Assembly (NCBI GenBank): GCA_963766735.1
Contig: CAVYBU010000008.1
Location: 192,001 to 256,000, forward strand
Length of the DNA stretch: 64,000 bases
DNA from: an uncultured Chloroflexia bacterium
Lineage (GTDB): Bacteria > Chloroflexota > Limnocylindria > Limnocylindrales > CSP1-4
Reading direction: 5' to 3'
Of this stretch, positions 32,551 to 43,764 are shown piece by piece; position 1 is the stretch's first letter; the number at the start of each line of letters is the position of its first letter. The translations under genes were made by a program, and so were the position numbers. The notes beneath the pieces are model-generated. The model was given only the letters and a program-made list of their open reading frames with translations. It was not told where the DNA came from and did not search any database.

Positions 32551-33955
32551 GCCGACGACCTTCGAAACCCGCCTGGCCGACGCCTTCGACCGGTACACCG
32601 ACGCCGCTCCGCGCCACGTGAACGCCCGGGTGCTCGCCGCCGGGCTCGCCGCGGGCGGGCGTGGCCGAGGCTTCGCGCTGCCCCGCCTCGCGCCGCGGCT
32701 CGGCGGTTTGCGCCTCGCGCTCGTGCTCGGCCTGCTGGCCCTCGCGAGCGTGGCCGGCCTGCTGTTTGCCGGCGGGTTCCTGGCTCCCGAGCCGGCACCG
32801 CTGGGCGGCGGCGGCCGGATCCTGGTCCAGCTGACGGATGACGATAGGACGCACCTGTTCGGTGCCGACGGCACCATCCGGGCGTCGGCCACGATGCAAG
32901 CCCGGGGATGCCCGCAACTGCTGGGCAACGTCGACGCGGTGAGGCTGGGCGGTTTCGGTGCGGATACGTTCCGCTCGTTCGACGCACACTTGTTCCCCTC
33001 GTTCAGCGGTCAAGGCCAACACCGGCAGCTCACGAACTACGGGGGCTTCGAAGTCTGGTCGGGCGACCGTGGGTCGAGGGCGTTCGTCGATCAGGCGGCG
33101 GGCGCCTCGGTGGTCACCTTCCGCGATGGCGACGTCGCCAACCCCCACATCGACTGGTATCCGATCGTCGGCGCCTCCGGTGGCGCGCTGTCGCCTTCCG
33201 GCGATGTCCTCGCCCTGGCCGTGCCCGATGGACCGGACGCCCTCCAGATCCACCTGCTGGGCGGCGGCACCGACAGGGTCATCGCGGGGCTGCCAGTTGA
33301 TGACCCGGAGGCGTATCCGTCGATCTCCTGGTCGCCCGACGGGTCGCGCTTCGCCGTCTCCACCCTGCCGGGTGATCGGGGCCTGACCCTCGTCACCCCG
33401 TCGGATGGGAGCGTCCGCAACGCGGGCCATCCGGATCTCGCGTCACGGTCGAGCTTGTACGTCCCTGCCGGCGCGTGGTCACCCGACGGTGGATCCATCG
33501 TCGCAATGACGGACACCGGCGAGCTGGAGGTGATCGACCTCGACGAGGGCGCCCACCAGGTCCTACCGTTCCTCGTTGGCCCGGCCATACCGGCCGTCAG
33601 GTGGTCGCCCGACGGCACGAGCCTGGCAGTTGTCACCGAGTGGCGAGGGTGGCCGGCGCGGCAGGCCGTCACGATCTACCCGCTCGACGGGTCGGAACCC
33701 CGCGTCGTCGAGCTGCCCGGGACGACTGGCGAGAGGTCGGAGATGGCCTGGTCGCCCGACGGCACGATGCTGCTCACGGTGGATACCGCCGGCCCGGTCA
33801 AGAGCCGGACCGGCGACGCCGCAAGGCTCTGGGCAACCGACGTCTGGGGCGACGCCCAGTCGAGGTCGATCGCGTCCGTGCCGCAAGCCGCCGACTTCCC
33901 GCTCCGCGGGCTGGGCGCTCCCTGTCTCGAATGGCTCCCGGAGGTTCAACCGTGA
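32543..33955 (+). CDS. Putative anti-sigma: cytoplasmic N-terminus, TM, TolB/PD40 propeller
   Basis: Overlaps sigma stop; FETRLADAF N-terminus; TM LALVLGLLALASVAGLLF; WSPDG repeats. Confidence 0.8.
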   Translation: MPEPTTFETRLADAFDRYTDAAPRHVNARVLAAGLAAGGRGRGFALPRLAPRLGGLRLALVLGLLALASVAGLLFAGGFLAPEPAPLGGGGRILVQLTDDDRTHLFGADGTIRASATMQARGCPQLLGNVDAVRLGGFGADTFRSFDAHLFPSFSGQGQHRQLTNYGGFEVWSGDRGSRAFVDQAAGASVVTFRDGDVANPHIDWYPIVGASGGALSPSGDVLALAVPDGPDALQIHLLGGGTDRVIAGLPVDDPEAYPSISWSPDGSRFAVSTLPGDRGLTLVTPSDGSVRNAGHPDLASRSSLYVPAGAWSPDGGSIVAMTDTGELEVIDLDEGAHQVLPFLVGPAIPAVRWSPDGTSLAVVTEWRGWPARQAVTIYPLDGSEPRVVELPGTTGERSEMAWSPDGTMLLTVDTAGPVKSRTGDAARLWATDVWGDAQSRSIASVPQAADFPLRGLGAPCLEWLPEVQP

Positions 33956-35088
33956 AGCGTCCCGTCCTGGCCATCGTGGCCGTCCTGGTTCTCGTCGGCT
34001 GCGGAAGCGCTCCAGCCGCCACGCCTGTCCCATCGGAGGCACCTTCGACGCCGGCGATCGCGTCCGAAGCCCCGACGGCAGACGCGACGCCCGCCCCGAC
34101 GCCCACCGCCGCACCGGACCTCGAGGCGGAGCTGGACAGCCTGCTGGGGACCGATTTCAACGGCTCCGCCCTCGTCGTGAAGGACGGCACGGTCCTCTAC
34201 GCGAAAGGCATCGGCATGGCCGACGACGCGAACAAGATCGCGAACACGCCGAGCACCCGCTTCCGCATCGGCTCGATCACCAAGCAATTCACTGCGATGG
34301 CGATCCTGATCCTCGAGTCACGCGGGCTCGTCAAGCAGGGCGACCCGGTGTGCGACTACCTGGACACGTGTCCGAAGGCGTGGAGCGGGGTCACGATCGA
34401 GCACCTGCTCGACCACACGTCCGGGATCGCGGACTTCACCGAACAGCCGGACTTCGACAGCATGATGGCGGCGACGCCGGCCGAGACCGTGGCGAGCGTC
34501 GCCAAGATCCCGCTGGAGTGGACGCCCGGCACGTCGTTCGGGTACACGAACACCGGGTACGTGCTGCTCGGCATGGCCATCGAGAAGGCGTCCGGCAAGC
34601 CCTACGAGGCGTTCCTCCAGGACGAGATCTTCGGTCCACTGGGGATGAAGGACTCCGGCTACGAGCACGGCGACACGCCGGCGCTCGCCGTCGGCTACGC
34701 GGACGGCTTCGAGGTGGCCGAACCGCTGGACATGTCCGTGCCGTACGCCGCGGGCGGCCTCTACTCCACCGTGCTGGATCTCCAGCGCTGGGAGGAGGCG
34801 CTGTACACGGAGCAGCTGGCGCCGGCCGCGGACATGGCGCGGTACTTCACACCGCTGTGGGATAACACGGACCTGCTCGGCTTCGGCTACGCCTACGGCA
34901 TCTACGTCGGCGACGAGCGCGGCTCGCAGCGCGTCTGGCACGACGGCGGGATCAACGGCTTCTACGCCGGGCTCTCGCGCTACCCGGATGACCGCATCGC
35001 CGTGGCGCTGCTCACCAATCGTGAGTCGTCCCCCGATCTCTTCCTGCTCACCCGGGCGGCCGCCCAGATCGCCCGCGAGGGCTCCTGA
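33952..35088 (+). CDS. Serine hydrolase lipoprotein (class C beta-lactamase/PBP-like)
   Basis: Lipobox LVGC; FRIGSITKQF (SxxK), YTN, HDGGING. Confidence 0.9.
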   Translation: MKRPVLAIVAVLVLVGCGSAPAATPVPSEAPSTPAIASEAPTADATPAPTPTAAPDLEAELDSLLGTDFNGSALVVKDGTVLYAKGIGMADDANKIANTPSTRFRIGSITKQFTAMAILILESRGLVKQGDPVCDYLDTCPKAWSGVTIEHLLDHTSGIADFTEQPDFDSMMAATPAETVASVAKIPLEWTPGTSFGYTNTGYVLLGMAIEKASGKPYEAFLQDEIFGPLGMKDSGYEHGDTPALAVGYADGFEVAEPLDMSVPYAAGGLYSTVLDLQRWEEALYTEQLAPAADMARYFTPLWDNTDLLGFGYAYGIYVGDERGSQRVWHDGGINGFYAGLSRYPDDRIAVALLTNRESSPDLFLLTRAAAQIAREGS

Positions 35089-35250
35089 CGGGACGCGCTC
35101 TCGACGAACGTCTGGTGCAGAGCGTCTCCCCCAAGCCGAAAACCTGCATCAATTCCGCTTGCGCCGACGCCATACCCTGCAGAACCGGCCGAGTGCGCCG
35201 GGAAGGGGCGCCGGCAGCGATGCCGGGGCCAGGGTGAGGGACCAGGGACC

Positions 35251-35815
35251 GTGGAACGGAGGGAGCTCGTCGAGCGGGCGGGGCGGGGCGATCACGACGC
35301 CTTCGCCGTGCTCGCCACGGCGTCCGCCACGCGCCTCGACGCGGCCGCACGCCTCATCCTGCGGGACCGCGAGCTCGCGCGCGACGCGGTCCAGAACGCC
35401 CTCGTACGCGCCTGGCGTGACCTGCCCGGGACTTCGTGACCCGGAGAGGTTCGACGCCTGGCTGCACCGTCTCCTCGTCAACAGCTGCCTCGACGAGGCC
35501 CGCCGGCGCCGGCGCCGTCCCATCGAGGTCGAGATCCTTCCCATCGACGAGCCGGTTGCGGGTGGCGACGCCGCACGCAGCCTCGCGGACCGCGACCTGG
35601 TCGAGCGGGCCCTGGCCCGGCTCGACCCGGAGCACCGGGCGCTCGTCGTCCTCCACTACTACCTCGGCTACCCGTTGCCCGAGGCCGCGGCCTCGCTCGG
35701 GATCTCCCTCCCGGCCGCGAAGTCTCGGCTGCACCGGGCGATGCAGGGCCTGCGCCGGACATTGACCACGGACGTGCCCCCCGTCCCCAGCCCGCAGGGA
35801 GGGAGGACGGCATGA
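35251..35815 (+). CDS. ECF sigma factor (cassette 2); frameshift near 35430
   Basis: GDHDAFA, DAVQNAL, LRDPERFDAWL, EAAASLG...AKSRLHRA. Confidence 0.9.
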
Positions 35816-37171
35816 CGACCGATCGACCGGTTCGACCCGTTCGAGCAGCGCATCACGGCCGCGATCGGCGAGATCGCCGCGCCGCGCCGGCCCGACTACC
35901 TCGAGGGCATCCTCCGGCAGACCGCGCGCACCTCGCAGCGGCCGCGCTGGAGCTTCCCGGCGCGATGGCTCCCAGTGCAGACGGCAGGCGCGGGTGGACG
36001 GGCGTCGCGTCGAGTCGTTGTCCGGACGGTGATCCTGCTCGTCGTCCTGGCTGCCCTCGTCGCCGGGGCCGCAATCGTCGGGAGCCGCCTGGTGACGCGA
36101 AGCGACCCGGTCCTGGGCGTCTTCGAGCGGACGGGAGACATGCCGCAGAACTGGCGGTTCTCCGTGACCCAGGCAGACGGGCGCGTTCTCGTGATCTCGC
36201 CCCCAGGCGCAGCCAGGTACGACCCGTCGACGGGTCGATTCACCGAGATCAGCTCCAGGCTGCCCGAGTCAGCGGAGTTCGGCAGCGCCACGGTGCTCAT
36301 GGACGGGCGGATCCTCGTGATCGGGCAGGGTCTGGACGGACGCCAGACGAGCACGCTGTTCGATCCCGAGACTGGGCGAGCTGTCGATGCCGGGCCTACG
36401 GTCGTTTCGCGCCTGGAACACGTCGCCGTCCGGTTGCAGGACGGGCGCGTGCTCCTCGCCGGCGGTGATCCGGCTCAGGTCGGCCAACTGCGCCCGGTGC
36501 AGGGTGCTGGCGGGGCCACGGCCACCGCAGAGCTCTATGACCCCGCGACCGGCACCTTCACGCCCACCGGGGACATGGCCCGGCCGCGAGGCCTCGGAGC
36601 CACTGCGACCCTCCTGGCCGACGGGCGCGTCCTCGTCGCCGGTGGCGCGGGCGGTGGCCCCGATGATCTCGCCGAGCTGTTCGACCCTACGACCGGTCAG
36701 TTCACGCCGACGGGCGCGATGAGCGAGCCCCGCACCGACTTCACGGCGACCCTGCTGGACGACGGACGAGTCCTGTTCGCCGGTGGGTACTCGACCGCGG
36801 GCGCCCCCAGGGTTCGTAGGCTGGCGACGGACGGGGACATCTACGACCCGGCCACGGGCACGTTCTCACCCACGCAGCCGATGGTGGTTCCACGTTTCGG
36901 CCACGTCGCGGCCCTCCTTCGCGACGGACGCGTCCTGATCGCCGGCGGGTATAGCACGGGCGAACTGCAGACACAGACCAGCGCCGCGGAGATCTTCGAC
37001 CCGTCGACGGGTCTGTTCGAGCCGACGAGCCCACTGGGGATCCCGCGCGCATACGCCGGTGCGGCAGTCCTTCCCAGCGGGGACGTTCTGGTATTCGGCG
37101 ACGCCACCCACCCGGACCGGGTTGGCCAGCCAAGCGGTCTCGCTTCGGGCACTGCGGAGATCTTCCGATGA
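35812..37171 (+). CDS. Putative anti-sigma: cytoplasmic N-terminus, TM, Kelch repeats; frameshift near start
   Basis: FEQRIT...PDYLEGIL...QRPRW...RWLP; TM; repeated L-x-DGRVL-x-AGG...AE-x-YDP. Confidence 0.82.
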
Positions 37172-37292
37172 CCAGCGCGTCTCGCGCTGCCGGACCCGCG
37201 AACGAATGGCCTGCAGGCTCTCCCGCATCGAACGCTCAGGCTCGAGCGGTCGTCAGCAAGACGAATCCGCCGCCACCCTAGGAGTCCCCGCC

Positions 37293-38345
37293 GTGACCAC
37301 CATCTCCCTGAGGCTGTCTGCTTTGCTCGCCGCGACCGTGCTGTGTGCGGCGTGCGCATCTGCCGCCCCGTCAGCCCCGGCCGCAACCGCCGCGCCATCC
37401 ACGTCCGCAACCCCGTCACTCGGAGCGAGTCCGGCCCCATCGCTCACTCCGGCCGCAACCGCGTCGCCCATCGGCACACCGTCCGGGCCACCGACCATCG
37501 ATTCGGCCGGCGCCATGACGATCCACATCTCGCCCGGAGCAGACTGGCTCGCGATTGCGGATGGCGCGGTGTGGACCGCGGCCGGTCGGGACATCGTGCG
37601 GCTCGACCCAGTCACCGGTGAGGTGGTAGACCGGACCGAGATCCTGGGCATCTGCCTGGGCTTCGATGTCGGCTATGACAGCCTGTGGGCCGGCAGCTGC
37701 GACGACCCGGCGATCTGGCGGATCGACCCAAAGAACGGGGAGGTGCTCGCCACGGTCCCCCTCGCCGTCGACGGGATCCAGGACGAAGGTTCCGTAGCGG
37801 CCGGAGAGGGCGGCGTCTGGGTGGTGTCCACGGCCAACGAGCTCATCAAGGTCGACCCGGTGACGAACAAGGTTGTCGGGAGCTGGCCGCTCCCGGTCGG
37901 CGCCGCGGCGGTCCGTGCCGGGCTGGGGTCGCTGTGGGTCACCGTCTCCACGGCGGACCAGGTCCTGCGGGTTGATCCGTCGGATCCCACCGTACAGACC
38001 CCCGTCGACGTCGGCGCCTACCCTCGGTTCCTGGCGGTCGGCGAGGACGCCGTGTGGGTAATGAACCAGCGCGACGGTTCGGTCACACGAGTCGCCGCGG
38101 ATGGCACTGTCGTCGCCACGATCAAGGTGTCGCCCCCGATCGAGGGCGGCGACATCGCAGTTGGCGGCGGTTCCGTCTGGGTCCAGCCCGGCGGGGAGCT
38201 GCTGGTGAGGATTGACCCGGCCACGAACGACGTCGTCGCAACCTACGGACCCAGGTCCGGGAGCGGCGGCGTCGCAGCCAACGAGGACGCTGTCTGGGTC
38301 TCGGCGCACGACGTGTCGACGGTTTGGAAATTGCCCCTGCGGTAG
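37293..38345 (+). CDS. Secreted Vgb/YncE-like beta-propeller lipoprotein
   Basis: AGGAG RBS; lipobox-like LCAAC; Pro/Ser/Thr linker; repeated G-x-x-W-V...R-I-D-P. Confidence 0.8.
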   Translation: MTTISLRLSALLAATVLCAACASAAPSAPAATAAPSTSATPSLGASPAPSLTPAATASPIGTPSGPPTIDSAGAMTIHISPGADWLAIADGAVWTAAGRDIVRLDPVTGEVVDRTEILGICLGFDVGYDSLWAGSCDDPAIWRIDPKNGEVLATVPLAVDGIQDEGSVAAGEGGVWVVSTANELIKVDPVTNKVVGSWPLPVGAAAVRAGLGSLWVTVSTADQVLRVDPSDPTVQTPVDVGAYPRFLAVGEDAVWVMNQRDGSVTRVAADGTVVATIKVSPPIEGGDIAVGGGSVWVQPGGELLVRIDPATNDVVATYGPRSGSGGVAANEDAVWVSAHDVSTVWKLPLR

Positions 38346-38538
38346 TCGACCGGAATCCGAAGGCACCGGACGGCACTTGGGTCCTGGCGAGTGGGCAGCG
38401 GCACCCGCAGTGTTGATAATCGGCCACCCGTGACGGCCGGGATCGCCTTACGCGCCGCAGGTCGACGCTCCCTGGGCTCGCCATCCGGTCCGGCGCGGTG
38501 ACCAGCCTACGGCCACGTCTGCGTACGAACACTTGCAC

Positions 38539-38700
38539 ATGACAGGCTCGCGTCCCGAAGCCACAGACGGCTCCCCGGGGGAGTCTGTCCGACGCAGGGC
38601 CGAGGGCGATGTCGCGGCGTTCGCCCGGACCGTACGGCTCTACCAGGCGGGCGGAACCCGCCTGCTGCCTATCGTCTTGCCGCTGCGGGTCCCAAATCGC
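38539..38700 (+). pseudogene. Degenerate ECF sigma 5' fragment
   Basis: VRRRAEGDVAAFARTVRLYQ resembles VRLAASGDEVAFARLVERHH of the cassette-1 sigma, then diverges. Confidence 0.55.
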
Positions 38701-38778
38701 AATGAACGTTTGACACCCGTTGTCCACTCATAGAGTGCAACCGCGCCGCCCCCTGGCGCGGCACCGAGGGAGGACCGG

Positions 38779-40596
38779 GTGCGAGACATCGTCGAACAGG
38801 CGATGCGCGGCGATCGCGAGGCATTCGCGTGGCTGGTCAACCAGACCAGCGACCGGATGTACGCCGTCGCGACGCGGATCCTGCGCGACACGTACCTTGC
38901 CGAGGACGCCCTGCAGAGCGCCCTCGTCACGGCCTGGCGCCAGCTGCCCACCCTCCGGGACCCGGACCGCTTCGAAGCCTGGGTCCGCAAGCTCGTCGTT
39001 CATGCCTGCTACGCCGAGGCCAGGCGTCGCAGCACGTGGGCGGCCAACGTTCGCGCCCTGCCGATCGACGGACCGACGGGCCCGGACGACATCCTCGGTG
39101 TCTCCGATCGCGACGCACTCGACCGACGCCCACCGAGGGGCACCAGCCGGACTGGGGGACGGCGCCGCTCGTTCCCTGACGACAGATCCTGGCGTTCCGC
39201 GGCGGCCCGTCCCCCTGGGCGGGCTGCCGGCAGGACCGGCGAGCTCGCGCGAGCTCGGACGCATCGGACTGCGTGCGTGCGGCGCCAGGGTGCCCTGAGG
39301 ACGGGGGGCCTGCGAGGCTGGCGCCACGACGAACGTCCGAAGTGGGAGCCCGATGGCGCCAGGATCCTGTTCACGCGCTGGATCGACGGCCAGTGGGACC
39401 TCTGGGTGGCGGGCGCCGACGGGTCTGGCCTCGTGCAGCTCACGAACGACGCGGCCGAGGAGCAGGACGCCTCGTGGAGCGCCGCCGGGGACCGGATCCT
39501 GTTCAGGTCGGGCGAGGGCAAGGCCGGCGAGGTGTGGTCGATCTCACCGGACGGCTCGGACGCCAGGAGGCTGGCCTCGGGCGCGGTGACAAGTGCGGAC
39601 TGGCACCCGCTTGCGGTCCCGATCGACAACGGCTCGCCCATGGCGACGGACAGCCGCGGAGGCACGCCCTCCACGCCGGCATCGATCACGCCGAGGGACA
39701 CACCGAAGCCTGCTGTCGCTGCCGGTGAACCATGGATCATGTTCGAAGCAGGCGTCAGCGGCGCGCGCGACGGCGTCTTCCTGGTGCGAGAGGACGGGTC
39801 CGGGAGGCACCAGGTCGCTACCGGGGTGCCGGGCTCGCACAAGCACCCCGATTGGTCGCCCGACGGGCTGCGGATCGCGCTCGTGTCGGAGACCGATGAC
39901 TCGATCTGGATCGCCGACGTCGACGGCTCGACCAGCGAGCGGGTCGTCACGTGTCCGGGCGGGTGTGACTACCCGGCGTGGTCGCCGGACGGTCGAACGC
40001 TCGCGTTCACCGAGTACGAGAACGACCCGACGGTCACCGCCCCGACGGCGTCCTCGATCAAGCTGATCGACCTCGACACCGGGACGATCACGTCCGTTGT
40101 GCGCGAGGAGCGGCCGCTCCTGGTGGACGTCGCGCGCTGGTCACCTGACGGGATGCAGCTGGTCGTCGGTGTGGACCGGCTGGGCTCGGCCGGTGATGAG
40201 ACCGGGGCCGCGATCGCCGTCGTCCCGGCTGCAGGCGGCGACCTCCGCTATCTCACCGGCTTCGACACGTTCGCATACCACCCGGACTGGAGCTGGGTGA
40301 CGGACACGATCGTGTACGGGACCGATGTCCGCATGTTCAGGGTTCCGCAGCGGCCCGGCGATGACACCTGGAACCTGTTCACGGTCCGGCCCGACGGGAG
40401 CGGACTGGTGCAGGTGACGAGCGTCGCCGCCGGAGAGAGACTGGCCCACGCGTCGTGGACGCCGGACGGGACGCGGATCATCGCCATCGGAGAAAGGGCC
40501 GGGGCGGGCGTGTTCGTGGACCCGGCGAGCGGGGCGTTGACGACCATCGGAGGCTCCCGGATGACGCATCCGCGCCTGCGGCCCACGGTGCCGTGA
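38779..40596 (+). CDS. Chimeric ORF: ECF sigma region 2 (region 4 missing) in frame with TolB/PD40 propeller repeats
   Basis: GDREAFAWLV...LRDPDRFEAWV ends at DRDALDR; then WEPDG/WSPDG/WTPDG repeats. Confidence 0.65.
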   Translation: MRDIVEQAMRGDREAFAWLVNQTSDRMYAVATRILRDTYLAEDALQSALVTAWRQLPTLRDPDRFEAWVRKLVVHACYAEARRRSTWAANVRALPIDGPTGPDDILGVSDRDALDRRPPRGTSRTGGRRRSFPDDRSWRSAAARPPGRAAGRTGELARARTHRTACVRRQGALRTGGLRGWRHDERPKWEPDGARILFTRWIDGQWDLWVAGADGSGLVQLTNDAAEEQDASWSAAGDRILFRSGEGKAGEVWSISPDGSDARRLASGAVTSADWHPLAVPIDNGSPMATDSRGGTPSTPASITPRDTPKPAVAAGEPWIMFEAGVSGARDGVFLVREDGSGRHQVATGVPGSHKHPDWSPDGLRIALVSETDDSIWIADVDGSTSERVVTCPGGCDYPAWSPDGRTLAFTEYENDPTVTAPTASSIKLIDLDTGTITSVVREERPLLVDVARWSPDGMQLVVGVDRLGSAGDETGAAIAVVPAAGGDLRYLTGFDTFAYHPDWSWVTDTIVYGTDVRMFRVPQRPGDDTWNLFTVRPDGSGLVQVTSVAAGERLAHASWTPDGTRIIAIGERAGAGVFVDPASGALTTIGGSRMTHPRLRPTVP

Positions 40597-40665
40597 ACGT
40601 TGATCGACGCCGCGGGGTACGCCCCGCTGCACTGGAGCCGCACGCGAGGCGCGTCAGGCTGGGCG

Positions 40666-41385
40666 TCAAGACGATTGGCGCCGCCGGAGCCCTGCCACGA
40701 GAACGCCGCCGACGACGACACCCACCACGACCAGCACGACCGTGACGACCGTCCCGTCTGCCCCCGACGTCGGGGCGCGGTCGCCGGGTCCCGGCGGCCA
40801 CGGAGCATCGAAGAACGCGACCAGGTCCGCCATCCCGCCGATGGCCTCCGTGCCGAACTCCTCACGGACCCCGGGCGCCAGCACGTACTTGCCGGTGGCG
40901 CCGTCCTCGGCCGCGCGGACCGCGATCCAGTAGGTCCCATCCTCCGGGGCGGTCGTCTGGACGCCGCCCCAGGCGATGAACCCGAGGCCGCCGTGGACCT
41001 CGCGCTCGCCGCCTTCGGCCTCGTGCGCGAGAGCGCCGTCGGTGCCCGTTGTGGTGGCGAGTGCAGCCGTCTCGTCATCCGCGGGTGCGGGCAGGCCCGG
41101 TCCCAGCACGGCGAACGAGGTCGGAATGCCGCCGGCGGCGTCCGGCGCGGTGACCTCCACCACCAGCGCGTCGCCCGCCCGCAGGTCCATCCGGTACCAG
41201 TCCACCTCGCCGGGCGCGTCGAGGGTGGCGCCGATCGCGCGCGAGAGCGTCGGGTCCTCGAGCACGAATGCCGTCCCCGGCGACTCGTTGCCGGGCTCCA
41301 CGACCATCGGCGCGTGGGCCGCGACGGGCGCCACGGCGACGGCGAGCAGCAGCGAGGCTGCGGCGATCCCGGCTCGGACTCTCAT
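40666..41385 (-). CDS. Secreted, C-terminally anchored protein with PPC-like domain
   Basis: Signal peptide ending VAA-H; EVDWYRMDL, GTYWIAV, GKYVL; C-terminal TM followed by RRR. Confidence 0.7.
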   Translation of the reverse strand: MRVRAGIAAASLLLAVAVAPVAAHAPMVVEPGNESPGTAFVLEDPTLSRAIGATLDAPGEVDWYRMDLRAGDALVVEVTAPDAAGGIPTSFAVLGPGLPAPADDETAALATTTGTDGALAHEAEGGEREVHGGLGFIAWGGVQTTAPEDGTYWIAVRAAEDGATGKYVLAPGVREEFGTEAIGGMADLVAFFDAPWPPGPGDRAPTSGADGTVVTVVLVVVGVVVGGVLVAGLRRRQSS

Positions 41386-41455
41386 GTCTGCAGTTCGCTG
41401 CCGCGCGCCCGATGGATGCCATGACGCAAGGTCGGATGCGGCGTCGGGCACGCCT

Positions 41456-43740
<2,285 letters not shown>

Positions 43741-43764
43741 CCCGGGCGAACCCGCGGCCGGCCT

